Shown one piece after another: positions 25,401 through 38,262 of a DNA stretch of 64,000 bases. The stretch's first letter is position 1, and each line of letters starts with the position of its first letter. A program made the translations under genes and the position numbers. The DNA is from Mobula hypostoma (Eukaryota), in NCBI RefSeq assembly GCF_963921235.1, contig NC_086108.1:83826001-83890000 (forward strand), written 5' to 3'. The notes under the pieces are model-generated. The model had not been told where the DNA came from, ran no database searches, and saw nothing but the letters and a program-made list of their open reading frames with translations.

Positions 25401-26403
25401 GGTGTTCCACAGGGGTCCGTGTTGGGGCTGCTTCTTTTTACATTGTACATCAATGATTTGGATTATGGAATAGATCGCTTTGTGGCTAAGTTTGCTGATG
25501 ATACGAAGATAGGTGGAGGGGCCGGTAGTGCTGAGGAAACAGAGAGTCTGTAGAGAGACTTGGATAGATTGGAAGAACGGGCAAAGAAGTGGCAAATGAA
25601 ATACAATGTTGGAAAGTGTATGGTTATGCACTTTGGCAGAAGAAATAAACGGGCAGACTACTATTTAAATGGGGAGAGAATTCAGTGTTCTGAGATGCAA
25701 CGGGACTTGGGAGTCCTCGTGCAGGATACCCTTAAGGTTAACCTCCAGATTGAGTCGGTGGTGAAGAAGGCGAATGCAATGTTGGCATTCATTTCTAGAG
25801 GGATAGAGTATAGGAGCAGGGATGTGATGTTGAGGCTCTATAAGGCGCTGGTGAGACCTCACTTGGAGTACTGTGAGCAGTTTTGGTTTCCTTATTTAAG
25901 AAAGGATGTGGTGACGTTGGAGAGGGTACAGAGTAGATTCACTAGAATGATTCCAGGAATGAGAGGGTTAACATATGAGGAACATTTGTCCACTCTTGGA
26001 CTGTATTCCTTGGAGTTTCGAAGAATGAGGGGGGACCTCATAGAAACATCTCGAATATTGAAAGGCATGGACAAAGTTGTTTCCCATGGTGGGGGAGTAT
26101 AGTACGAGAGGGCATGACCTAAGGATTGAAGGGTGCCCATTCAGAACAGAGTTGCGAAGAAATATCTTTAGCCAGAGGGTGGTGAATCTATGGAATTTGT
26201 TGCCACGGGTGGCAGTGGAGGCCAAGTCATTGGGTGTATTTAAGGCAGAGATTAGTAGGTATCTGAGTAGCCAGGGCATCAAGGGTTATGGTGAGAAGGC
26301 GGGGGAGTGGGACTAAATGGGAGAATGGATCAGCTCATGATAAAATAGCAGAGCAGACTTAATGGGCTGAATGGCCAACTTCTGCTCCTTTGTCTTATGG
26401 TCT
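22469..26403 (+). mobile_element. Near full-length CR1 (HER1-like) LINE, ORF2 disrupted
   Basis: Esterase ORF1, APE region (~23600-24240, ttaaatgcacgcagcata), RT motifs KSPGPDGIHP, YLDFQKAFDKVPH, GVPQGSVLG, KFADDTK; 3' tail tgtcttatggtct. Confidence 0.95.
22554..23417 (+). CDS. CR1 ORF1, SGNH/GDSL esterase-like
   Basis: VIGDSIVRG, VHVGTND and DRLHLN blocks; open over 287 aa. Confidence 0.85.
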   Translation: MATSAPGAPRCSSSETVLGIWRQLDDLLLIRESEKLIDRSYREVVIPKVQGSENWVTLRSGKENAQIVESTPVAVPLGNKYLVLDAVEGDDLTGDAHGDWVSGTEPGAVVQEGRREKRNAVVIGDSIVRGTDRRFCEPDRDTHMVCCLPAARVWDVSDWVQNILKGEGEQPVVLVHVGTNDIDRRREEVLKRDFRELGRKLRSRTSRLVILGLLPVPRASEGKSSRIRQMNAWLRDWCRGQGFRFLDHWDLFWGKYDLFKMDRLHLNPKGTNILVGKFNRAVREGLN

Positions 26404-26589
26404 CAATCTGAAACACCAACTATTCCCCTCAACATGCTGAGTTCCTTTAGCAGTTTTTGTTTATTCCAGGTAATAAAACTTTGATTGCACAGCAGTCATC
26501 TTCCTTCCCACATGGACAAACTTGTTTATCTTTGTTCATTCATAAGACCTCTGATGTCCTCTAAAACTTTGTCCATTTCCATTTCCCTG

Positions 26590-27070
26590 ACGCCAACAGG
26601 CTTGTCTTTGCTATTTAAAGCTCCATCCTTAATGTGATGGTCCAAGAACACTGTCTGTCTTCCTGAAGCGGAGCCCCAACCAGTTCTCCACCAACAACAC
26701 AGTCAATCACCTGGCTAAACTTGTTCTTGCATTTGAACAACCTCTCCTTCAACATTGTTCACTCTCTCAAGAACAAAGGTGTAGCTGTGGGCTTTTTGTG
26801 GCATATGTCAAAGTTTTGTTTGAATCTTATCCAGACCCACTCCTGCTCTTTCTTTCTCCCTCTGCATCAATGATTACCTTGTTGCTGTTTCCTGCATTTG
26901 TGCGGAATTAGAAAAGTTTATTTACTTATTGATTTCAGTTTCCACCGTGCTGTTCCCTCTACATGGTTGATTTCTGGATCTCTGTCTCCATCTCAGGAGA
27001 TGAGCTAGCTACTAACGTCCATTACAAGTCTACCAACACCCGCAGATTTGCTAACTACACTTCGTCCAAC
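26590..27070 (+). mobile_element. Old Penelope RT fragment
   Basis: ISVSISGDELATNVHYKST resembles the region after PFLD in 51601..52917. Confidence 0.6.
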
Positions 27071-27339
27071 CCTGCTGTTGTGACTGTGAACGAAGTCATC
27101 GGAGAGACACTGAAGCTAGTGGTTCCTGTACCAGCTGCTGTGCTGAACTGGCTCCTTGGCTGTGGACTCACTTTAGAGGCTCTACAGCTCGTGTTCTGTG
27201 TTGTTTGTTTACTTTTTTCACTGTTTGCACAACTTGTTCTTTTCACCCACACATTGTTGTGTGGGTTCTATTGTGTTTCTTTGTTTTGTGGCGGCCTGCA
27301 AGAAGAAAAATCACAAGGCTATATGTGGTATGCATAATC

Positions 27340-28140
27340 AAGGAGATCAGAGCAAAGTCAAGATGGCGCTTGTACCTTCGGAAACAGCTCTATTTCTATC
27401 TTTGATATCTTTTTTTTTCCTTTTCAAGGTTCTTTTGAAGACCCTGACCTGGAGTTACACTCTGACTTCGGTTCCTTGCAGGAATGGGACCTGATCTGAG
27501 GGCCTCATGACCAGCCACTTTTTGATATCCCAAGAACGCGGCCTGGAAGATTAGCGCATGTTCAGGGTGCCCGATCTTCGTGGCTCTGGAGACAGGCTGA
27601 TTCAAGGCCTGTGCCCCTGACCGGGGTGTCACAAGAGAACAGAACATTGGGTTAGCTGCCGGCCATGTGTCAAGAGACCTGAGCCGTTCCAGGGCCTATT
27701 GTCTGGGCGCAGAGATTGGAAAAAGCAACGTAACAGGCTTTTAAGATCCTACATCAGTGAGTTATTCTGTTATGTCTCCCCTCTCGCTGTGAAACGGGAC
27801 TACCTCTTTTTCCCTTAATAGGGAGAGAGAGAGAGCCGCATTACTGGGTGAACGAGTAGTCTTTGTGGTACTGCAAGTCTGTTTATTGATGCTTTGTTGT
27901 ACGCTTGAGTGCTCAGTGGAGGGTGCTGATGCTTTTTTTTGCTGGTGAGGGAGTGGTCATTGCCTTGTTGCTGCTTGTGTGTGGGAGGGAGAGTTGGGGG
28001 GGACTTTGGGGTTCTAACATTTAACTGTCATTCATTCTTTGGGCACTCCTGTTTCCGTGGATGTTTGTGAAGAAAAAGACTTTCAGGATGTATATAGTTT
28101 ACATTTCTGACGTTAAATGTACTTGTTGAACCTTATTGAA
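27340..28140 (+). repeat. Unclassified non-coding retroposon-like repeat
   Basis: Starts near caagatggcgc (YY1-like LINE 5' motif) and ends ...ttaaatgtacttgttgaacc; lies inside another retroposon tail. Confidence 0.4.
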
Positions 28141-31100
28141 CATAGTTTGATAATGTATTTTGAACTTTATATTTTGAATTGTAATACTTTTATTAATAGT
28201 AAAGCCTTGAATAAATGACAGGACATCCATTTTCATTTAGGTCCATAAATATTGTTATAATTCATTAATGATGATCTCTGCTCAAAATTATCATGACGTG
28301 CAAGAGAATTTTGTACAAGAATATCCATTTGGGTGCATGTTCTCAAAAACGACTTTGTCCTGCGTGACTTCGTTCTAGACCAGCCCTGGTTGAGACTTTG
28401 AAGTTATGCAGAACAAAGGAGAGCTTTCAATGCCAAGCAACCATCCAGCACCCTTTTACACAAACCCCATTCTAAAGCCATTTTTATTCTCCTTGTTTTT
28501 TTTTCCCATCACCTCCCTTCAGATTTTGCCAGTCACCAACACAGGTAAGAATAGCTTATTAACCTCCTATTCTGGAGTGTGGGAGGGAACCAGTGTACCA
28601 AGGTTCAATGCCATCTGGAGTTTTCAAGTTTCTCCTGTGACCTTGTGGCTTTCCTCTGACTGTTTCCTCCCAAATCCCAAATGTTGACAGGTTGGTAAGT
28701 TGCAGGTCTAATCTGGGGTATGGCAGTATTCTGTTCCTGAGAACTGTCCATAATACGAAGCACTAGAACTTGGGTCACTGGAGATGTAAGGAAGCAGATC
28801 TCCTTGTTTGTCCCCTAGTAGAGACTGGCTTGAAGGGCCAGGAACTGGGCAATTACAGACGTGAGGTCTAGACGTGCATTAGGGGTGATATTAACTGTTT
28901 CACCGAATAACCAGCAAGATCTAACCCATTATTTTCTGTTGTGAAGAAGAAACTGGGGAGAAGTGTAATGGGGGGGGGGGGAATCTGATTGAATAAATAT
29001 CATGTGATCATTAGAACCTGGAATTTAAATTTGTGGTGTGTCCAGAGAGACTTGTGTCCATTCTGGGATAGCTCGCTCACCGACCCCTCAGCTCTCACCT
29101 GTGGCCCCCCCCATACGTTGCTTTGACAGGTGGGCTGAACCAGGTGCAGGTAGCCAATGGCCTCATACCCTCGTGAGATAGGGACATGCTTGTCCTAGCC
29201 TGCAAAGTCGGCTCCGGTGGACTGGTTGGATGAGATCTGCAGTGAGATCCAGCAGGTAGGTAGGTGGTACTGCACTGCTCCATGGAGAATGAAGAGACAG
29301 AAGACATCATAGCATCCACTGTAACCACGTAAGACCCCAGTTTGTGATGCTTGTTTGTATCACTGGATCTGAATTTCTAAGGTTGAGGGAGTGGAACTGG
29401 CCCGGTGCAATGGCTTTTCCACTTTTTGAAAACTCCCACATGGGTTTCCTGTTATTGTCGGACTTGATTGACAACCATTCACATTTTTCATATTTAACAT
29501 TTTTACAGTCTCATAATTTGCTTCATGAAGTAGGTCACCCAGCCTGATCTCCAGGGGGATTGAGTTCAAAGACTTGCCCAGACTGTGCATGAGAGTATTC
29601 ATGTTTTATGGACTCTGACTTTTGCTTCAGAGGCCCCATATTTGGAAATTTGATGCTACAGAGCTATGCTGTTACTGCCAGCCAGCAAGAAACCCTCTGA
29701 GACTGCTAGAGAAATATGAATACATACTGTCTTCTTCCATTCTAGCATTTGGGGACATGCTCAGCACATGTTGCCGGAAATCAGATGCAAATCTGTCCTC
29801 TTGATCCTTCCCATGAGAAAATTGCATGGTTAACACAAGAAAAAGCCATAATTTGTAAATGAGGTTGTTGTGAAAGCACTTGCCTGGAATTGACTAAAAC
29901 TGCTGGAAACGGCAGGTGGTAGAAAAACACCTGTAAAACAAAGGACTGGTTTGTTTTGGGGGTTTACAAAGTTTTATCTCTGGAAGATGGTTTTTGCATC
30001 CAACCCAGTTTGAACTGATCTGTCTATGAAAGGCTTAAGTTAATGTGAAATGATCACTGTCAAAATCATGTGATTTTTGTTCTGTAATCACAGTCATTTT
30101 ATCCCCGCTGGCTTTAAAAACTTTCGAATGCCAAGTAGGAGGTTGTTCTGTTGCAGTTTCAGCACAATGAAAACACTTGCACTGCAATGATCACTTTCCA
30201 GTGATGTTTGACTTTTCAATGATTGGGGGGAACCCATAGCAGGCAGGGAGGGCTCTTGGCCCAAAACGACGAATGTTTGTTCCCAGACTTGCTGAGTTCC
30301 TCAAGCATTGTATGTGTGTTGCTTGCATTTGTAAACCCTCTCTCACAATCGTTTCAGTACATCTTAAAGTGCTTATCAGAAATGAAGTATTTCTGATGTA
30401 CAGTCCCAATTCAATGGATGAAGAAAATGAACCGAACTATGACAAACAGCCATGTGACCTTGACCTAATGATTTCCTGATGTTGATTAATTTTCTTTAAA
30501 CTTTTCATTCCGCTGCACTTGTCTCAAGAGCCCTTTTTCAGGATTTGTGCCTGTTCTCCACGAGCCTCACTCTGTCCTATCAATGAGGTGGTTTATTGAA
30601 GCTACTTTAAAGCAAATGCTTGGAACTTTTACACAAAGTCTTTTGTGGCAGCTTTTTTCTGGTGATTCTCACCCTTACCTTGGCATTGTTTTGTTTTCCA
30701 TAGAGTACATGCAGTTTCAATTTTTTTAAACCTGATCCCTTCACTGACCCCTGTGCACCTCACATCACCATTGCCACCTGAAATCACATTTCTCACCTAT
30801 GACTCCCAGTGCTCAATTATTCCCATTGATGAGCTGTATGAACATGATTTATATTGGGTAAAAGGTTATTCACATGGCTAACATTCCCGCCAGCACTAAT
30901 CAGAATCAGGCTCGCATGGTTTCATGGAATCTGGAAACTCGTGGGTTTGGTACCCAAGTTATGTGTCACATTGAGGCAGCCAAGCTACATATATATTCAA
31001 TTAGCACAGAGAAAAACAAACTCTGCACTGAAAAATACATAGATAACATTTGTATATTAAATATGCACGAAGTGATTAAATGTCAATAAAATCAGCGTGG

Positions 31101-32209
31101 GGAAATCCAACTGTTCGGTTATCCTGTTTGCCTTCACTAGAGGGCGCCAAAGTATTAAAAGTCCCACACAAGTTGCACAAAGAGCGTCAAACTATACATC
31201 CAATGATAAATTTTAAGAAGCATCGCCTAAAAATGTTAAATATTTTTCACCTCATACAGTGAAAGTAGTAATCATAGACAGCTATGTAGCACAGTTGATT
31301 TGTACTTGTAGAAGAAACTTTTTTGAAAAGGAATTGGTAAGCAAGGTGTTAAAAGAGTGAGTAGGTTTGCAAAGTAGAACGAAAATGATAGCACTAAATA
31401 CATTCGAACATTACACCTTGTAGTACCTTCAAAGTGGGGGGGGGGGTGAGATTTAAAAAAAAATAGCAAGATGAGTTTTAACCAGTATTAACTCATTAAT
31501 TTGCCTGATATTTATCTGGAGGCAGGCAAGGGGAAGAAGAATCTGAGCTCACTGCACCTGCTTTGTCGAGGCTAATACAGATAACCTTATTACACATGTA
31601 CCAAGGTACAGTGAGCAACTTTGCATGCCATCCACACAGATCATTTCACTACAACAGTGCATTGAGTTACTACAAGGGAGAGCAATAAGAGATGGCAGAA
31701 TAATGTGTTACAGTTATAGAGAAAGTGCAGTTGGACAAGAAGGTACAAGAAAATGGCAAGGTAGATTGTTCCAGTGAAGAATCTATTTAACCCATTGATT
31801 TGAATATTAGACTGTGTAGACCCAGTTTATACTGTACTTCATACTTTTGCACTCATTTTTAACATGCCAAAAATTTATTTGACCAGATGTTAGATTAGTT
31901 GTCAGAACTTTTATGGGTGTCAGGTTTCATAAAAATACCAGTAGGTTCATTAATTTGATTAACACATAAACATACTATTTAAACAGCTTTATGGCTCCAT
32001 GAGGTTCTTTGTTTAGATGTTACCCATGGGTGCCAAATTTATTTTTATATTGTTGACAACTACATCAAAGCGCACATTTAATTCTCAGTTGACAGGCTGA
32101 TACAGTTTTGGTTTTTTATTGCCTCATACACAGAGGTACAGTGAAAAAATTGTGCCATTCATGCAGATCACAGTGCATTGAGCTAGAATAAGCTCAGACA
32201 ATAACAAAG

Positions 32210-32386
32210 CAACAATCACAACATGCTGGAGGAACTCAGCGGACCAGGCAGCATCCGTGGAAACAATCAGTCAACGTTTCGGGCCGGAACTCTTCAATCA
32301 TTTCCACGGATGCTACCCGACCTGCTGAGCTCCTCCAGCGTGTTGTGAGTGTTGCTTTGACCCCAGCATCTGCAGGGTATTTTGTG
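32210..32386. mobile_element. Fold-back pLTR mini-element with perfect 15-bp TSD
   Basis: TSD cagacaataacaaag at 32195-32209 and 32387-32401. Arms 32206-32263 and 32301-32358 match about 50/58. Central minus-strand degenerate hammerhead tgattgaagagttccggcccGAAACGTTgactg. Confidence 0.88.
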
Positions 32387-33569
32387 CAGACAATAACAAA
32401 GTTCAATGAAGTGTAAAAGCCACCAAAAAGGTGCAACACCAGCATCTGCCGTGTGTGCCCTGCTGACTTGACACTAGTGTTGCCAAGCAGAGTTAAACCA
32501 TCTCTTAACTGTGACACTTACAATCCACTCAGCACTCACCAGCTCAGCACTTCAAGGCTGTGTGCATACCAGTTGCTCACGGAACAGGTTTGCATTGCTA
32601 GGTATTACTGGAGGCTGGCATACCTGCCAGGATAAGCAGAGGAGACAGCAGAATATAAATGGATGCAGAAATATTTACCTTCTCTTGCCTGCCCTGTGAT
32701 TTAGTAAGATAGTTCTGCTCCCACTGTCACTTGTGCAACCATTCTTGGGCAGGTAGAAAATAAATGTACACAACATTCTATAAGCAATCTCACCAGGATC
32801 CAACATAATTAGAATATGGAACATAGAACAGTACAGGCCCTTCAGCCCACATTGTTGTGCTGACCTTTAATCCTACGCCAAGGTCAATATAACAATTTCT
32901 TCTCACATTGTCCTCAATTTTTCCTTCATCTATGTGCCTATCTGAGTCTCTTAAAAGTCCCTAATGTATCTGCCTCTACCACTGTTCTTAGCAGCATGTC
33001 TATGCATCTACCAACCAGTGTTTTAAAAAAAACTTGTCTCTGACTCCCTCTAGTTATGACCTGTCCACCCAAAACTAACCCTTTCAATCCTACTGTTTTC
33101 TATTAACCACACCAGTATGTTAAGCCCAACAAAATGTGATCTGAATTTTACTTCGGTGTTCTACGTGCTGCCTTTATTGAAGGCTATTTGAGAGTGTGAA
33201 TACATAATATCTAGATTGCCCTCACCTATTCTGCCAGAAAATAAACAAATTTATCAAATAAAATTCCCTTTCAAAAGTCCCTGTTGATTTTGCCCAACTC
33301 TCAATTAGTTTCTGACTGCACTATTTTTACTCCCCAGTACTGAAATCGGTTTTAAGTGTCCTCATTTTTTTCTATCCCTTTCTTAGCCCACCTATCTTCC
33401 ACCCTACCCCTCATGCAAGTAGTGGAATTAGATTTACTACTGAATTGTCTCTGAATAGTTCGAGAATCTATGAAATTCCGGTGGAAATGCTGGTTGTCAT
33501 CTTCCACCTCCGTAGTCACCTCCTGAAAAACTTGGGATGCAGATTGTCAGTAGAAAAAAACCACCAATT

Positions 33570-34845
33570 ATGGTAAATATATAGTATACAGTTTTTAAAT
33601 TTGTGTATATATAGCAAAATTAGAAATTGAAAACGTAGTGAGGTGGTGGTCATGAGTTCAATATCCATTCAGATATCAGCTGGCAGAGGGGAAGAAGCTG
33701 TTTCTGAGTCATTGAGTGTGTGCCTTCAGGCTTCTGTACCTCCTACCTGATGGCAGCAATGAGAAAAAGGCATGACCTGGGTGATGGGGGTCCTTAATGA
33801 TGGATGCCACCTTTATGAGGCATTGCTCCTTGAAGATGTCCTGGATACTATGGAGGCTAGTGCCCACAATGGAACTAAGATTACAAATCTCTGCAGTTTA
33901 TTTCAATCCCGTGCAGTAGCTCACTCCCCTCCACCCAGACAGTGATACAGCTAGTCATCTGATTTGAGTTAAATAAGATGGTTTCCTTCTGATTCTTGTT
34001 TAAATGGATTTGAGTTGGCGGATTGATGTTTTTCTTTTATGGAAGCTTGTATGGCGTATAGCTCCAGGGTTGTGCTCCCAATGGGTTTTTTTGTTTTTTT
34101 TTGTTAGCAGGGTTTTTTTTGTTTTAGTTAGTATGGGTTCTTTTTTTCCCTTAAAATATTCTTAACACTTCATTTTTTCTTATTATTGATATATTCAGCT
34201 TTGTTTTATCAATTATTAGGTAATTTAATTCTTCATTATACATATTGACATGTTGACTTGATTACCTTAATGTATTTTTTGTTGATCTTTAATAATAATT
34301 AATAAAAAAAAATTTTAAATGAAAAAATACAGCTAGTTAGAATGCTCTTCACAGAACATATGTAGAAATTTGCCAGTCTTTGGTGACATACCAAATCTCC
34401 TCAAACTCAATGAATCATAACTGTTGTTTTGTCTTTGTAGCTGTATTGATATTTTGGATCCAGGATAGATCCTCAGAGATGCCTCACACTTTCCAATCTG
34501 ATCCCCCGATGAGGACTGGTGTTTGTTCCCTCATCTTATCCTTCCTGAAGTCCACAATCAATTCTTTGGTCTTACTGACATTGTGTGCAAGATTGTTGTT
34601 GCAACACCACTTAACTAGCTGATGTATCTCGCTCCTGTACACCCTCTCATTACCATCTGAAATTCTGCCAACAATAGTTGCATCGTCAGTAAATTTATAG
34701 ATGGTGTTTGAGCTGCGCAGTTGTGGGTGTAGAGAGAGTAGAGCAGTGGGCTAAGCACACATTCCTGAGGTGCGCCATTGTTGAATGTCAGTGATGTTAT
34801 TTCTGATTCACACAGATTGTCATCTGCCAGTTAGGAAGTCAAGGA
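33570..34845 (-). mobile_element. Decayed Rex/Babar-like LINE
   Basis: Minus-strand homology to the other Rex-like RT copies; interrupted by an L1 3' end. Confidence 0.6.
33956..34326 (+). mobile_element. L1 3'UTR and poly(A) insertion
   Basis: T-rich UTR, aataaaaaaaaa tail, 11-bp TSD atacagctagt (33945-33955 and 34327-34337). Confidence 0.75.
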
Positions 34846-35435
34846 TGTGCTTTCTGCAGGGATCGCTCTCTCCGTAAATCCCTTGTCCATTCATCCCTCC
34901 ACACTGATCAACCTCCTGGCACTTAGCCATGCAAGCAGATAAAAAGAAAAAGTGCTACACCTTCCCATTCACCACCTCCCTCGCCACCATTCAGGGCAGA
35001 AACCAGTCTTTCCAGGTTGGGCAACACTTCACCTGTGAGTCTGTCAGGGTCGCCTAAACGCAAGGAATTTAAATCCAAATCAACACACACAAACTGCTGG
35101 AGGAACTCAGCAGTCTGGCAGCATTCACAAACAATGAACAGTATATATCTCAGGCTGAGACCCTTCTTCAGGACTGGAATGGAAGAGGGAGGATGCAGAA
35201 TATAAAGGTGGGGGGAAGAGGAAAAAGCATATCTGGAAGGTGACAGGTGAAGCCAGGTGGGTGGGAAAGGTAAAAGGCTGGACAGGAAGGAATCTGATAG
35301 GGTAGGAGAATGGACCATAGGAAAAGGGGCACCAGAAGGAAGTGATAGGCAATTGAGAAGAAGTAAGAGGCCAGAGTGGGAAATAGAAGAAGTGGGGAGG
35401 TAGGAAACTTTTTTACCAGAAGGAGAAATTGATAA

Positions 35436-35720
35436 GGGCAGCACAGTAGTGTAGTGGTTAGCACAACACTCTACAGCACCAATGACTCAGGTTCAATACC
35501 TGTCACTGCTGTAAGGAGTTTGTATGTTCTGTGTGTGACCATGTGGGTTTCCTTCAGGTCACCGGTTCCCTCCCACATTACAAAGATGTCCCAGTCAGAA
35601 GGTTAATTGTTCATTGTAAATTGTCCTGTGATTAGGCTAGGATTAAATTGGGAGTTGCTGGGTGGCACCGGAAGGGGCTACTCCTCGCTGTATGTCAATG
35701 AGTAAACAAATAAACAAATA
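35436..35720 (+). mobile_element. HE1-like tRNA-derived V-SINE
   Basis: A box (tagtgtagtgg), B box (ggttcaatacc), V domain (gtgggtttcc...ctcccaca), (aaat/aaac)n tail. Confidence 0.8.
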
Positions 35721-36059
35721 TTCATACCATCAGGTTGGCAGGAACCCAGATGGAATATAAGGTGTTGTTCCTCCACCCTGAGGGTTGCCTCATCCTGGCA
35801 CAAGAGGAGACAAACATATCTGAATGGAAATGGGAATCGCAATTAATATGTTGGTCCAGCAGGAAGTTCTGCTTTAGGTGGATCGATGAAGCAGTCCATA
35901 TTTTACGATGGGTCTCACCAATGTAGAGGAGGCCGCATCGGGAGCACCAGATACAACAGACGACCCCAGCAAATTTGCAGGTGAAGTGTTGCCTCACTTG
36001 GATGGACTGTTAGGGGCTCTGAACGGAGGAGGTGCATGGGCAGGTGTAGCACTTTAGCC

Positions 36060-38262
36060 TCTTAGACCATAAGATATAGGAGCAGACTTAGGCCATTTGG
36101 CCCATTGAGTCTGTTCCACATTCAATCATGGGCTGATCCAATTCTTCCAGTCATCCCCGCTCCTCTGCGTTCACCCCATACCCCTTGATGCCCTGGCTAA
36201 TCAAGAACCTATCTATTTCTGCCTTAAATACACCCAATGACTTGTCCTACACAGCCACTCGTGGCAACAAATTCCACAGATTTACCATCCTCTGACAAAA
36301 GTAATTTCTCCACATCTCAGTTCTAAAAAGACATCCTTCAATCTTGAAGTCATGTCCTCTTGTCCTAGAATCCCCTACCATGGGCAATAAAGTCCCATTT
36401 TTTAAAAATTATTTTTTAAGCCTTCTATGACTGATGTAGTTTTTAAACAATGGGAAATATTGGGCATTTCATGTTTCCGGGATCTATTTGTGGGAGGAAG
36501 TCTTTCTTCATTCGAACAATTGTCAACTAAATATAGTTTACCAAAAACCCATTTTTTTCGGTACTTACAAATTAGAGATTTTCTGCGATCTCAATTACAT
36601 ACGTTTCCCAATAGTCCTGATAAGAACATATTAGATGAAATTCTTAATATGAAATCATTCTATAATGGTTCAATATCCAATATTTTTGATATGTTGTTGG
36701 GAATAAGAAATGATTCTTTAGACAAAATTAAAAACCTTTGGGAACAAGATTTACAGACCTCAATTTCAGAAGAAACTTGGAATGAGATTTTTAAATTGGT
36801 TAATACTTCATCATTATGTGCTCGTCATTCCCTTCTACAATTTAAAGTGGTTCATAGGGCTTATATGACCAAGGATAAGTTATCTCGTTTTTATATGGAT
36901 ACATCTCCCTACTGTGATAGGCGTAACAATGGAGAAGCTTCATTTATTCATATGTTTTGGACGTGCCCAAGTCTTGGAAAATATTGGAAGGAAGTATTCC
37001 AAACTTTTTCTGTACTCTTTAAAGTAAATTTTAAGTCTAATCCTTTGACTGCCCTATTTGGTATTGTTGGAAGGAAAGATATCATTTTGAAGACATCTGA
37101 TCTGCACATTCTGGCTTTTATCTCTCTTACAGCCAGGAGGGCGCTCTTGTTTAAATGGAAGGATGCTGTTTCGCCTAATCATGCTCAGTGGTTACGGGAT
37201 GTTATGGCATACCTAAATTTAGAAAAGATTTGTTGTTCAATTTCTGAATCTAACCAAAATTTTCAAAATTTGTGGGGGCCGTTTTTTAATTATTTTCATA
37301 ATCTTTGACTTCTTGTTAAAGTACTGAAGTTGGTTAATAGCATATTTTATTATCTGAGAAGTTTTTTTTCTTTTTTTTCCCTAACAGCTTCGACTTTGGT
37401 AGTGGGTGTAGATCTTTTTTTTTAAATAAAATTGTATACACGAATTAATCTAATCTATATGAAAATAGAGTAAGGAGTTCGTTAATGTGATTCAATATAC
37501 TGTATCTGGTATTATTATATTTTTTTTGTTTTATAATATGTATTCTCTTGGACTCTGTATTCTTCTATATAGAAATCAATAAAAAAATATGGGAAGAAGA
37601 AAGAAAGGGAAATAACGTTGCCATATCTAATCTGTTCAGGTCTTTTAACATTCTGAATGTTTCAATGAGATCTCGCCTCATTCTTCTGAACTCCAGGGAA
37701 TACAGCCCAGGAGCTGCAAGACGTTCCTCATACGGTAACCCTTTCATTCCTGGAATCATTCTCGTGAATCTTCTCTGAACCCTCTCCAATGTCAGAATAT
37801 CCTTTCTAAAATAAGGAGCCCAAAACTGCACACAATACTTCAAGTGTGGCCTCAGGAGTGCTTTATAGAGCCTCAACATCACATCCCTGCTCTTATATTC
37901 TATACCTCTAGAAATGAATGCCAACATTGCATTCGCCTTCTTCACAACCAACTCAACCTGGAGGTTAACCTTTAGGGTATCTTGCACAAGGACTCCCAAG
38001 TCCTTTGCATCTCTGCATTTGAATTCCCTCCCCATTTAAATAATAGTCTGCCCGTTTATTTCTTCCACCAAAAAGCATGACCGTACACTTTCCAACGTTG
38101 TATTTCATTTGCCACTTCTTTGCCCATTCCCCTAAACTATCTAAGTCTCTCTGCAGGCTCTCTGTTTCCTCAACACTACCCACTCCTCCACCTATCTTTG
38201 TATCATCGCCAAATTTAGAAACACATCCATTAATACCGTAGTTCAAATCATTCATATACATC
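36060..38262 (-). mobile_element. 5'-truncated CR1, interrupted by L1
   Basis: ORFs 37565..38035 and 37965..38435 (-) are CR1 RT C-terminus; 3' tail agaccataagatataggagcaga at ~36064. Confidence 0.9.
36391..37606 (+). mobile_element. L1-clade LINE 3' fragment (ORF2 C-terminus, 3'UTR, poly(A))
   Basis: ORF 36427..37308 (293 aa) with LQFKVVHR and SPYCDRR...HMFWTCP zinc knuckle; imperfect TSD gggcaataa / gggaaataa. Confidence 0.88.

Noticed and set aside
29070..29420. GC-richer structured-looking segment, considered as an HDV-like ribozyme
   Set aside because: I could not identify the nested pseudoknot by eye; probably an old LINE UTR.
36427..37308. Domesticated L1-derived gene
   Set aside because: Only a 5'-truncated ORF2 end with poly(A) and TSD; one zinc-knuckle Cys appears mutated.
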